64,000 nt of DNA from an uncultured Chloroflexia bacterium. Lineage in GTDB: Bacteria; Chloroflexota; Limnocylindria; Limnocylindrales; CSP1-4. The position numbers and the translations under genes were made by a program. Below are positions 47,953 through 57,800 of this stretch, in pieces; position 1 is the first letter of the stretch; each line of letters begins with the position of its first letter. Below the pieces are notes generated by a model. That model saw nothing but the letters and a program-made list of their open reading frames with translations, did no database searches and was not told where the DNA came from. Location: contig OY970218.1 in assembly GCA_963713975.1 (NCBI GenBank), positions 3,104,001 through 3,168,000 on the forward strand, written 5' to 3'.

Positions 47953-48891
47953 TCATGCCGGATCGCGCCGGCCGCGCAGCCAGTCCTCCCCGGACATCGG
48001 GCGCCGGCCCTGCGGCGTCACCTGCTCCAGCACGAGGCGCCCGGCGCCCGTCGCGAGCGCCGCCAGGCGGCCGTGACGGACGATCGCCCCGGGCTCGTCG
48101 TCTTCCTGTGAGGTGGCCACGGAGGCGCGTGTCACCACGAGCCGGCCCTCGTCGAGCACCACGTGGCTCCCGGGCCACGGCAGGTACGCCCGAACCTGCC
48201 GCTCCAGCGCGGCCGCCGGCCGCGATGGATCCAATCGGCCGTCCTCGCGGGTGAGGGGCCGGGTCAGCTCCACGCCGTCCTCCGCCTGCGGCTCCCCGAG
48301 GAGCCCGCCGCGGAGCCACGGCCCGAGGCTCCGGTCGAGGAGCTCGCCGGCGATCTCGGCCAGGCGCACCTCCAGGTCAGGAGCCCGCTCGTCGCCCTGG
48401 AGCGGAACGAGCACACGGGCAACGATCGGGCCCGTGTCGAGGCCGGCGTCCATGCGCATCAGGGTCACCGCGGTGTCGCGGTCGCCAGCCAGGATGGCGG
48501 CCGGGATCGGCGCCGCCCCGCGCCAGCGCGGCAGCGCCGAGGGGTGGAGGTTGAGGGCGCCGTGCGGGAGATCCAGCAGCGCCGGTGGCACGATCTGACC
48601 GTAGTCGGCGAGCACGGCGAGCCCGGGCTCCAGCGCCAGGATGGCGGCAATGGACTCCGGGGCGCGCAGCCGGATCGGCATGAGGACGGGTCCCAGCCCA
48701 AGCTCGGCGGCCAGCGAGCCGATCGCGGTCGGCGTCGCCACCTGCCTGCGGCCGACGGGGCGGGGCGGGGCGGTGACGATGCCCACCACGTCGACGCTGG
48801 GGTGGACGGCGAGCCTGCGCAGCGCGGGGATGCCGAACGACCCGCTGCCGAGGAAAACGGCCCGGACGCGGCCGTCCGGCCGGTCCGTCAC
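47953..48891 (-). CDS. fmt: Methionyl-tRNA formyltransferase
   Basis: NLHPSALPRWRGAAPI, MDAGLDTG, PWPG; coupled to def. Confidence 0.95.
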   Translation of the reverse strand: MTDRPDGRVRAVFLGSGSFGIPALRRLAVHPSVDVVGIVTAPPRPVGRRQVATPTAIGSLAAELGLGPVLMPIRLRAPESIAAILALEPGLAVLADYGQIVPPALLDLPHGALNLHPSALPRWRGAAPIPAAILAGDRDTAVTLMRMDAGLDTGPIVARVLVPLQGDERAPDLEVRLAEIAGELLDRSLGPWLRGGLLGEPQAEDGVELTRPLTREDGRLDPSRPAAALERQVRAYLPWPGSHVVLDEGRLVVTRASVATSQEDDEPGAIVRHGRLAALATGAGRLVLEQVTPQGRRPMSGEDWLRGRRDPA

Positions 48892-49403
48892 GCCAGGGCG
48901 CTCGTTGCCCCGCGGATCTCGGCGTCCTCGTCGTCGTCCTGCCCAACGGGGATCAGCTCGTCCATCGAGTCGAGGTAGTCGATGTAGAGCTTGCCCTGGA
49001 GGTGGTCCAGCTCGTGCTGGAGGGCACGGCCCAGGAGTCCGGAGCCGGCGACCTTGATCTTCTTGCCCACGCGGTTCTGGGCGACGACCCACACCTTCTC
49101 ACGACGGGTGATGTAGGCGACGTAGCCCGGGATGGAGAGACAGCCCTCCAGGTCCCGGTCGTCACCGCTCGTGCGCACGATCTCCGGGTTGACGAGCTCG
49201 TACAGGTTTCCCTCGACCTCGATGACGCAGGCACGGACGGCCTCGCCCAGCTGGGGCGCGGCAAGACCCACGCCGGGCGCGTGGCGCATCGAGTCCGTGA
49301 GGTCGTCCAGGAGCTCGTGGAGGTACTTGCCGAAGCTGTCCACGGTCTCGCCCTTGAGGCGCAGTCGTGGGTCGCCGAGGAGGACGATGGGTTTGATGCT
49401 CAT
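48888..49403 (-). CDS. def: Peptide deformylase
   Basis: GVGLAAPQLG, EGCLS, QHELDHL. Confidence 0.97.
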   Translation of the reverse strand: MSIKPIVLLGDPRLRLKGETVDSFGKYLHELLDDLTDSMRHAPGVGLAAPQLGEAVRACVIEVEGNLYELVNPEIVRTSGDDRDLEGCLSIPGYVAYITRREKVWVVAQNRVGKKIKVAGSGLLGRALQHELDHLQGKLYIDYLDSMDELIPVGQDDDEDAEIRGATSALA

Positions 49404-49512
49404 GACCGGCAGAGTATAGCCAACGACCGCCCGCGCCCCGACGGGCCGGACGCTCGAGGTACCTGCCGCACTGGTGGCGGGATCGCTCCCGTGCGCAGCG
49501 ACCGGGGGACGG

Positions 49513-49983
49513 TCAGGCGCCGGTCTGGGTCGGGTCCTCCGCGACCGACGCGTCCGCCGCCTCGTCCGGGACACCGGCACCCGCAGGGGCGTCCTCGGTT
49601 GCCGGCGAAGCAGGCTCGTCCCCGGCGTCGTTCCCATCGGAACCTTCGACAGCCTCCTGGGCGCGCAGCTCCGCGGCGACGGACTGCGCCTTGTCGGCGA
49701 ACCGCTGCCCGTAGTCGACCGTCAGCTCGGCGGCCTTCTGGGCGGCCGGGCCGGCCTTCACGGCGGCGACGGCGGCCAGCTCGGCGGCCTTCGCCCCGAC
49801 CTGGCGGGCCAGTGGCGCAGCCTGCGTGGAGATCTGCTGGATCATCATCTCGAGCTGGTTGAGCCAGTCCCTGGAGCCCGAGCCCCCGCCCGCGGCGCCC
49901 TTGGGGGTCTCGTCCGGGATGGGCTCGTCGACGAGCGGCTCGCCGCCCGAGGGTGTGGTCTCGTCGGGAGTCTGCTCGGTCAT
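49513..49983 (-). CDS. Hypothetical protein (156 aa): amphipathic Ala-rich helical core with acidic disordered ends
   Basis: AAGGAGG SD before ATG 49983; fills the priA-def gap. Confidence 0.75.
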   Translation of the reverse strand: MTEQTPDETTPSGGEPLVDEPIPDETPKGAAGGGSGSRDWLNQLEMMIQQISTQAAPLARQVGAKAAELAAVAAVKAGPAAQKAAELTVDYGQRFADKAQSVAAELRAQEAVEGSDGNDAGDEPASPATEDAPAGAGVPDEAADASVAEDPTQTGA

Positions 49984-50098
49984 GGTGGTCCTCCTTCGGG
50001 CCTGGCGCAGGCGTCGGTCTCGTTCTCCGCCATTGTCGCTCATGAGGCCGTCCGAGCCCAGAGGCTCGTGCCGAAGCCGCCGTCTCGGCGAGCCGGGT

Positions 50099-52615
50099 CT
50101 ACAGCAGGCTCTCTGGGTCCACGTCGATGCTCCACGGCGCGCCCGGGACCGGCTCGAGGAGGGCGACCGGATCCCGGCCACGGAGGACCACGTGGTACCG
50201 CCACCGGTCGCCGCGACGGGCGATGTAGGCGGGTGCCGGACCGGTGACCTGGATGTCGAGACCCCGATCCCGCGCGGCCGATCGGAGGCGCTCCGCCATC
50301 GCCTTCGCCTCGCGCTCGGCGTCGTCGCGCTCCGGAAGGCCGATCGTGAGCTTCACCAGGCGCCCGAACGGCGGCGAGCCGAACCGCTGCCGAAGGGCCA
50401 GCTCCTCGTCGTAGAACGTGGCGGAGTCGCCGTCGACCACGGCCCGGATCGCCCGGTGCTCCGGGCGGTAGGTCTGGATGTAGGCGACACCCGGCCGGTC
50501 TCCCCGGCCCGCACGGCCGACGGCCTGGGCCAGCAGCTGGTACGTCCGCTCAGACGCGCGCTCGTCGGGCAGGTTGAGCGCGATGTCGGCGGACACGACC
50601 CCGACCAGCGTGACCTCCGCGATGTCGAGGCCCTTGGCCACGAGGCTCGTTCCCACCAGGACGTCCGTGCGGCCGGCGGCGAAGTCGTCGAGGACACGGT
50701 CGGCGGCCCCCTTGCGCTCCACGACGTCCCGATCCAGGCGCCCGACCCGCAGGCCGGGGAACCGGGTGCGCACCTCGCGCTCTACCCGCTCGGTGCCCCC
50801 GCCCAGGTACCGGATCCGCGGTGAGGAACAGGTGGGGCAGCGGGTCGCGATGGGCCATGCCCGCCCGCAGTGGTGACAGCGCAGCGTCGTGCCCGCCCGG
50901 TGGTAGACCAGCGGGCGGTCACAGTCCGGGCAGGCCTGGACCGTGCCGCAGTCCCGGCAGAGCACCACGGACGCCGTCCCGCGCCGGTTGAGGACCAGGA
51001 TCGCCCGGTCGCCGTCCTCGGTGTCCAGCTCCGCGAGCGCCTCCGCCAGCGCGTCCGAGATGAGGCCGCGGTTGCCGGCGGCCAGCTCCTCCCGGAGATC
51101 CACGGCGGTGACCGCGGGTTCCGTGCCGGCCGCGCGCACGGGCAGCACGGCACGGCGGTAGCGGCCGGTCCGCGCGTGGCCGATCGTCTCCACGGCGGGC
51201 GTCGCGGACCCGAGGACGACGGCAGCGCCCGCCAGCCGCCCCAGCTCGATGGCCCCGTCCCGGGCCTGGAAGCGGGGCGTGCGATCGCTCTTGTAGGCGG
51301 CGTCGTGCTCCTCGTCCACCACGATCAGCCCGACATCCGCGAGCGGTGCCAGCAGGGCAGTCCGTGTCCCGACCACGAGATCCGCTCCACCGGCGCGGAT
51401 CCTCCGCCATTCATCGGCCCGCTCACCCTCGCCCAGCCCGGAGTGCAGGATGGCGATCCGGACCGGCAGGTCTGCCCGGAGGCGGTCCACGATCGGTGCG
51501 GCGAGCGCGATCTCCGGGACCAGCAGCAGTGCGGGCCGGCCCGCGGCCAGCGACGCCGCGATCGCCTCGACGTAGATCGCGGTCTTGCCGCCGCCGGTGA
51601 CGCCATCGAGGAGCGTGGGCGTCGGGTCCGAGGCCGCCACGGCATCCAGCACCAGGCGCAGGGCGGCCGCCTGCTCAGCGGTGAGCGACGCCCCGACCGG
51701 GCGGGCTCCCCGGGTGGCGGCCGGCCTGTCCTGGAGCGGTCGGCGCGGCCGCTCGCGGACCTCGACCCGCACCAGGCCGCGCCTGACGAGGCCGACGAGC
51801 GACGATGACCCGTGGCGCTCCGCCAGCGAGGCCGCCGCTGCCCCGTCAGCCGGGGATGCATCGGCGCCGGCATCCGACACCAGCTCCTCGAGGGCGGCTC
51901 GCTGCCGGGGACCCAGGGGCCTGCCCGGCATCCGGTCGCCCGCGGCCAGCGTCGCCGCGGCAGCCCGCCCCTCGTCCGTCGGCCACAGCCGGCGCTCGTA
52001 GCGTGGCCCGACGGCGGCCACCAGCAGCGTCCAGGTGAGCTCCACCAGGCCCTCGTCCGCGAGAGCCCGCAGTCGGCGCAGTAGCGCGGCGCGGCCCTCG
52101 GGCGACGAGAGATCACGGACGGGACGCGCCCGCCCCGCCACCTCGTCGAGCAGGTCCAGGTCTGCCAGCAATAACCCTGGTGCCTCGAGCCCCATCCGCC
52201 GCTCACCCGCCGGGGTGACCTCCGCCATGAGCTCCAGCCGCTCCAGCATCCCCGGCGGCAGCATGGCCCGGATCACGACCGCGAGCGGCGCCAGGTAACG
52301 AGCGGCGAGCTCCCGGGCGAACGCGAGGGACAGCGGCGGCAGGAGCGGTCCGTCGCTCCGGACCCGGGCTGCGACCGGTCGGGCCTCACCGCCCTCTGGC
52401 ACCGTCCCCTCGCCGATCACCACCCCGATCGCATGGCGTCCGCCGCGCCCGAACGGGACGAGGACGGCCTCGCCCGGCTCGACATCCTGGAGATCACCCG
52501 CGGCCCGGTAGGTAAACGTCCGCGGACCCGGTCCGGCCTGGGCGTCGACGGCCACCTCGACGAGGCGGCCGTCCGCGGGTGCGGGTCCGGGGAGCAGGCC
52601 CAGCGTCGACGGCAC
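50099..52615 (-). CDS. priA: Primosomal protein N' (PriA)
   Basis: GVTGGGKT, LVPEI, VDEEH, GSATP, four CxxC motifs, AKGLD, GRAGR, DVDP. Confidence 0.97.
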   Translation of the reverse strand: MPSTLGLLPGPAPADGRLVEVAVDAQAGPGPRTFTYRAAGDLQDVEPGEAVLVPFGRGGRHAIGVVIGEGTVPEGGEARPVAARVRSDGPLLPPLSLAFARELAARYLAPLAVVIRAMLPPGMLERLELMAEVTPAGERRMGLEAPGLLLADLDLLDEVAGRARPVRDLSSPEGRAALLRRLRALADEGLVELTWTLLVAAVGPRYERRLWPTDEGRAAAATLAAGDRMPGRPLGPRQRAALEELVSDAGADASPADGAAAASLAERHGSSSLVGLVRRGLVRVEVRERPRRPLQDRPAATRGARPVGASLTAEQAAALRLVLDAVAASDPTPTLLDGVTGGGKTAIYVEAIAASLAAGRPALLLVPEIALAAPIVDRLRADLPVRIAILHSGLGEGERADEWRRIRAGGADLVVGTRTALLAPLADVGLIVVDEEHDAAYKSDRTPRFQARDGAIELGRLAGAAVVLGSATPAVETIGHARTGRYRRAVLPVRAAGTEPAVTAVDLREELAAGNRGLISDALAEALAELDTEDGDRAILVLNRRGTASVVLCRDCGTVQACPDCDRPLVYHRAGTTLRCHHCGRAWPIATRCPTCSSPRIRYLGGGTERVEREVRTRFPGLRVGRLDRDVVERKGAADRVLDDFAAGRTDVLVGTSLVAKGLDIAEVTLVGVVSADIALNLPDERASERTYQLLAQAVGRAGRGDRPGVAYIQTYRPEHRAIRAVVDGDSATFYDEELALRQRFGSPPFGRLVKLTIGLPERDDAEREAKAMAERLRSAARDRGLDIQVTGPAPAYIARRGDRWRYHVVLRGRDPVALLEPVPGAPWSIDVDPESLL

Positions 52616-52625
52616 GGCGCTCAGC

Positions 52626-53255
52626 TCAGCCGACGCGGATCTGCCGGTCCGCGTTGCGCCGCTTCTCCTGCTCGATCACGGCCTCGATCTCCGCCGCGGT
52701 CCGGTGCACCTCGCCGGTCTCGTTGACCACGACGTGGTCGTAGTCGCCCTGGCGGGCGAGCTCGATGGCGGCATTCCGCTGCCGGATCTCCAGCTCGTCG
52801 GCCGTCTCCGTCGCCCGCGAGCGAAGGCGCTGGAACAGCGCCTCCAGCGACGGCGGGACGATGAACACCAGCAGGGCATCCGGCACGCGCTGCTTCACCA
52901 CCATCGCGCCCTGGACGTCGATCTTGAGGATCACGTCGTGGCCCGCGGCCATCGCGTTCGCGACATCGCGCCGTGGGGTGCCGTACCAGTTGCCATGGAC
53001 CTCGTTCGCCTCGAGCAGCTCGCCCGCCGCGCGCAGGGCGTGGAACTCGGCGCGAGAGAGGAACTGGTAGGACACGCCCGGGATCTCGCCGGGGCGCGGG
53101 CCGCGCGTGGTGCAGGTGACGACGTAGTGGTAGTCGGGATCGCGAGGACGCTCGCGCAGCGCGTCGATGATCGTGTCCTTGCCCACGCCGGACGGACCGC
53201 TGATGATCACGAGCACCGCGCCCGGCGCGCCGAGCAGGATCTCCGGCTCCGTCAT
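52626..53255 (-). CDS. gmk: Guanylate kinase
   Basis: ISGPSGVGKDT, TTRGPRPGE, YGTP, IDVQGA. Confidence 0.96.
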   Translation of the reverse strand: MTEPEILLGAPGAVLVIISGPSGVGKDTIIDALRERPRDPDYHYVVTCTTRGPRPGEIPGVSYQFLSRAEFHALRAAGELLEANEVHGNWYGTPRRDVANAMAAGHDVILKIDVQGAMVVKQRVPDALLVFIVPPSLEALFQRLRSRATETADELEIRQRNAAIELARQGDYDHVVVNETGEVHRTAAEIEAVIEQEKRRNADRQIRVG

Positions 53256-54322
53256 CCCTCACCTCCCGATGGCCGCCGGCCGGTCAATGTCTCGGCCGCG
53301 CGCAGGCCCTCCAGGGTCGACTCCAGGGCATCCGGCAGCGGTGCCTCGACACGGATCAGCCTCGCCGTCGACGGGGACACAAGCTCAAGCCGCCAGGCGT
53401 GCAGGAACAGGCGTTCGAGGCCGTCCGGCCCCTTGCGGGCGGTCCCGGTCCCGTAGACGGCGTCGCCGGCGACGGAGTGGCCGAGGGCCGCGAGGTGGAC
53501 GCGGATCTGGTGCGTCCGGCCCGTGACCAGGTCCAGCTCCAGCAGCGTCCAGTCGGCGAACCGCTCCCGCACGCGGTAGCCGGTCACGGCCTTCCTGCCG
53601 TCCGGCACCACCGCCATCCGCTTGCGATCCTTCGGGTCGCGACCGATCGGGGCCTCGATCCGGCCGACCGCCGCCGCCACCGATCCCTGGACCAGCGCAA
53701 GGTAGGTCTTGCGCACCCGACGGGCCTTCAGCTGCGCCATCACGGAGGCCTGGGCGGCGTCGTTGCGGGCAACGATCAGCAGCCCCGATGTGTCGCGGTC
53801 CAGCCGGTGGACGATCCCGGGTCGGGCAACGCCGGCGATGCCGCCGTAGTGATCGCCGCGGGCGAGCAGCGCGTTGACCAGTGTCCCCTGCCAGTGCCCC
53901 GGGGCCGGGTGCACGACGAGGCCGGCCTGCTTGTCCACGATCAGGACGTCGTCGTCCTCGTAGACGACGTGGACCTCGATGGTCGGGTCGGGCTCGAGGT
54001 GGTAGGGCACCTCTGCGGGCGGGACCTCCAGCGTGACGCCGCCGCCACGGACCTCGGAGTTCGCGCGCAGCATGCGCCCGGTGTCGTCGACGAGGCGGCC
54101 CTCGCTTATCAGCTTCTGGACGTAGGAACGCGAGAGGCCGGTACGGTCGGCCACAAACCGGTCGACGCGCCGGACGATCTCGCCATCGGGAACCTGGAGC
54201 CGGCGCGGACCTGGCGTGACCGACGGGGCGGGAACGGCGGGCGCCACCGCGCCCTCGAGGTCGTCGTCCGGTTCGAGGTCGTCGTCCACGGAGGCCGCGG
54301 GCTGGTCCCAGGGGTCAGCCAT
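53252..54322 (-). CDS. rluD: RluA/RluD family pseudouridine synthase
   Basis: S4 domain, GLVVHP, IVHRLDRDTSG, TGRTHQIRVH, LHA. Confidence 0.9.
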   Translation of the reverse strand: MADPWDQPAASVDDDLEPDDDLEGAVAPAVPAPSVTPGPRRLQVPDGEIVRRVDRFVADRTGLSRSYVQKLISEGRLVDDTGRMLRANSEVRGGGVTLEVPPAEVPYHLEPDPTIEVHVVYEDDDVLIVDKQAGLVVHPAPGHWQGTLVNALLARGDHYGGIAGVARPGIVHRLDRDTSGLLIVARNDAAQASVMAQLKARRVRKTYLALVQGSVAAAVGRIEAPIGRDPKDRKRMAVVPDGRKAVTGYRVRERFADWTLLELDLVTGRTHQIRVHLAALGHSVAGDAVYGTGTARKGPDGLERLFLHAWRLELVSPSTARLIRVEAPLPDALESTLEGLRAAETLTGRRPSGGEG

Positions 54323-54866
54323 CGGCTCCCCACTCGGCGGTCTGCGGAACCACCGCCATCACGATCAGCAGGATGATCGCGGTCGTGATGCAGGCGTCCG
54401 CGACGTTGTAGGTGTAGAAGCGCCACGAGCCGATGCCCATGTCCACCCAGTCGACGACCGCCCCGTAGCGCAGGCGGTCGAGCAGGTTGCCGATGGCGCC
54501 GCCGAGCAGGAGCCCGAGGGCGATGGTCGTCACCACGCCCCGTCCCGCCTTGGCGTGGTACACGACGATCAGGCCCGCGACGAGCAGCGACACGACGCCG
54601 AACGCGGGCGCAGACTGGGGCAGCATCCCGAACAGGATGCCCGAGTTCTTCCCGTACACGATGCGCAGCCAGTCCCCGAGGATCTGCGTTGGGGGTGCCG
54701 CCGGGTCCAGGTTGCCGGTGATCCACGCCTTGGACAGCTGGTCGAGCACGACCACGCCGATCGCCAGCGACGCGAACAGGGCCCAGCGTCCGGCGGACGG
54801 CCCGCGCCACGCCTTCGCCCCGGCGGCCGCGTCGGCCACCTCGTCCTCCGCCACCGGCCGCGTCAT
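54315..54866 (-). CDS. lspA: Lipoprotein signal peptidase II
   Basis: DQLSK, NSGILFG, GGAIGNLLDR, VVDW, YNVAD. Confidence 0.95.
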   Translation of the reverse strand: MTRPVAEDEVADAAAGAKAWRGPSAGRWALFASLAIGVVVLDQLSKAWITGNLDPAAPPTQILGDWLRIVYGKNSGILFGMLPQSAPAFGVVSLLVAGLIVVYHAKAGRGVVTTIALGLLLGGAIGNLLDRLRYGAVVDWVDMGIGSWRFYTYNVADACITTAIILLIVMAVVPQTAEWGADG

Positions 54867-54870
54867 GGGG

Positions 54871-57800
54871 TCAGGCGTCCCGGCCGGCACGACGAAGAGC
54901 GATCCTCGCCTCGCCCGCCTCAAGACGCACGACCGCGGTCGGAGCGTCCTGGGGGGGCGCCTCGCGGCGGATCTCGTCGGCGAGCGTGTCCGCGGCCAGG
55001 GACCCGAGGTACGGATCCAGGTCCGGCGCCAGCCCGTCGGCCCACAGGACGATCCGATCGTCCAGCTCCAGCTCCGCCGCCCTGCGCAGGTCCTGGACGG
55101 CCCGCTGGAGCTCGCGAGCGTCGCCTTCGGCACGCAGGTCGGGCGTGAGGATGGTGTCGATCACGGCGACCAGGCCGTCGTCGTGGGCCACCGCGGTCCC
55201 GGGTCTCGGAGTGGCCTGGATCTCGACCTCGTCTGGGGCCAGGGTCTCCCCCGCCAGCGTGACCCCTCCGTCAGGGTTGATCTCGAATCGACCTTCCCGG
55301 GCAGCGGCCATGACGGCGGGGATCCGCGCCCCGAGCCGCTTGCCGACCCGCGGAAGCAGCACCTTCACGCCGCGATCCACCAGCGCCGACTCGTCGCCGA
55401 TAATCTCCACGGCCTTGACGTTCGCCTCGACGCGGACGAGCTCGAGCAGGGCGTCCAGCTCGGTCATCACGCGGCCCGGCAGGGCCAGCCACAGGCGGGC
55501 CAGCGGCTGGCGGATCTTGAGGCTGGCCTGTCCCCGCAGGGTGCGCGACAGGTCCACGGCCCTGCGCGCGACCGCCATCGCCTCCTCCAGGCCCTCGTCC
55601 CGCAGCGGGGCGAGCTCGCTCGCCGGCCACGGAGTCAGGTGGACGCTGTCCGGGGCGTCCGGATCGAGGCCGGCCACGAGGTTTCCGTACATCGAATCGG
55701 AGAGGAACGGGAGGAACGGCGCGACCGTGCGCGACAGCGCGACCAGCGCCTCGTGCAGCGTCGCGAAGGCCGCATCCCGGTCCGCTCCCGTCGAGCGCGA
55801 CATCCGGCGGCGGGAGAGCCGCAGGTACCACGTGGACAGGTCGTCGACGTGCGCTGACAGGACCCGCGTCGCCGCCTCCGCGTCGAAGTCACGAAGGTGC
55901 GCCTCGACCTTCGCCGCGACCCCCGCGGACCGCGACAGGATCCAGCGGTCGAGCGGCGGACGCTCCGCCACGGGCGGTGACCCCACGGCCGGCGTCCAGC
56001 CCGCGAGTCGGGCGTAGGTGACGAAGAACGCGTACACGTTCCACAGGACCAGCAGCCCGCGGCGCGCCTCGTCGGCGGCATGCCAGCCGAACAGGATGTT
56101 GTCGTCGGGCCGGGCGGACGCGTACATCCAGCGCATGACGTCCACGCCCATGCGCTCCGCGGCCTCGTCGAACTCGATCGCGTTGCCCCAGCTCTTGTGC
56201 ATGGGGCGGCCGTCCTCGCCGAACAGGGTGGCGTAGCCGAAGATCGTCCGGAACGGCTCCTCCCGGCGCAGCACGGTGCTCATCGCGAGCATCGCGTAGA
56301 ACCAGTTCCGGAACTGGCCCGGGAAGCTCTCCGTGATGAAGTCGGCCGGGAACCACTTCGCCCAGGCTTCGGGATCCTCGCGGAAGTGGAGCGTGGAGAA
56401 CGGCACGATGCCGGCGTCCAGCCAGGGGTTGCCGACGTCGGCGATCCGGGAGACCGGCTCGCCGCACGACGAGCAGGCGACCTGGACCGCGTCCACGTAC
56501 GGACGGTGCGGCGTGTGGCCCTCGAAGGCCTCCCATCCCTCGATGGCCCGCTCCCTGAGCTCTTCGCGCCCCCCGATCACGTCGAAGTGCCCGCAGGCCC
56601 GGCAGTCGTAGATCGGCAGCGCCAGGCCGTAGTAGCGCTTCTTGGAGATCATCCAGTCGCGCATGTTCAGGAGCCAGTCCAGCTCCCGCTCGTGGCCGAA
56701 GTCCGGGATCCACCGGATGCGGTCCACGACCTCCATGATCTGGTAGCGGAGGGATGCGTCCACCTCCTCCGTGGTCAGCTGGTCGCGGGGCCGGTCGTAG
56801 ACCTCGCCCATGCTGATGTACCACTCGTCCACGAGCCGGAACAGCAGCGGCGTTCCGCACCGCCAGCAGTGCGGGTAGCGGTGGCTGTACGGCTCCAGGT
56901 GGTAGAAGAAGTGGCGCTGCTCGAGGTCGGAGATGATCGCCTCGGTGATCGCCGGGGCCTCCCGACCCGCCATCCATCCGAACCCCGGGTAGTACCGGCC
57001 GTCCTCGTCGATGGGACCGATGACCGGCAGCCCGATCTCACGGCCCAGCTGGTAGTCCTCGGCGCCGCAGCCGGGAGCGATGTGGACGATGCCGGTCCCC
57101 TCGTCCTCGCCGACCTCGTCCCAGGTGACGACACGGTGCTCATAGTCCGCATCCGCGAAGGCCGACGCGACCGCCGGCAGCTGGTCGAAGGGGCCCGTGT
57201 AGCGCCAGCCGGCCAGCTCCGAACCGGCCCGCTCCTCCACGATCTGGAACGGGCCCCGCAGCGCCTGCTTGAGCGTGCCCTTGCCCAGCCAGAACTGGTC
57301 ATCGCCCTGGCGGACCTTGACGTACCGAAGGTCCTCCCCCACCGCCGCTGCCACGTTGGCGGCCAGCGTCCAGGGAGTGGTCGTCCAGACCAGGAGGGAC
57401 TCGCCCGGGCGGTCGAGCAGCGGCAGGCGGACGGTCAGGCCCGGGTCCTCCCGGTCCTGGTAGCCCTCGTTCATCTCCATCTGCGACAGGCCGGTCCCGC
57501 AGCGCGGGCACCAGGGCATCGTGTCGTGCCCACGGTAGACCCAGCCTCGTCGGTGGCATTCGGCCAGGAAGCCCCAGATCAGGTCGTTGTTCTCGTTGCT
57601 GAAGGTGAAGTAGGACCCACCGACATCGGGCATGCCCAGGCGCCCGACGACCATCTCCACCGTGTCGGTGACGGGACCGTCGGGTCCCTCGATCGTCACC
57701 TGCTGGGTGGGGTCGGCCTTGAGCAGGTCGCGCAGGCGCAGGAGCTCGGCGGGCTCGTTCCAGTCCATCCAATAGCCGAGGCGCTGGCTCTGCTCGGTCT

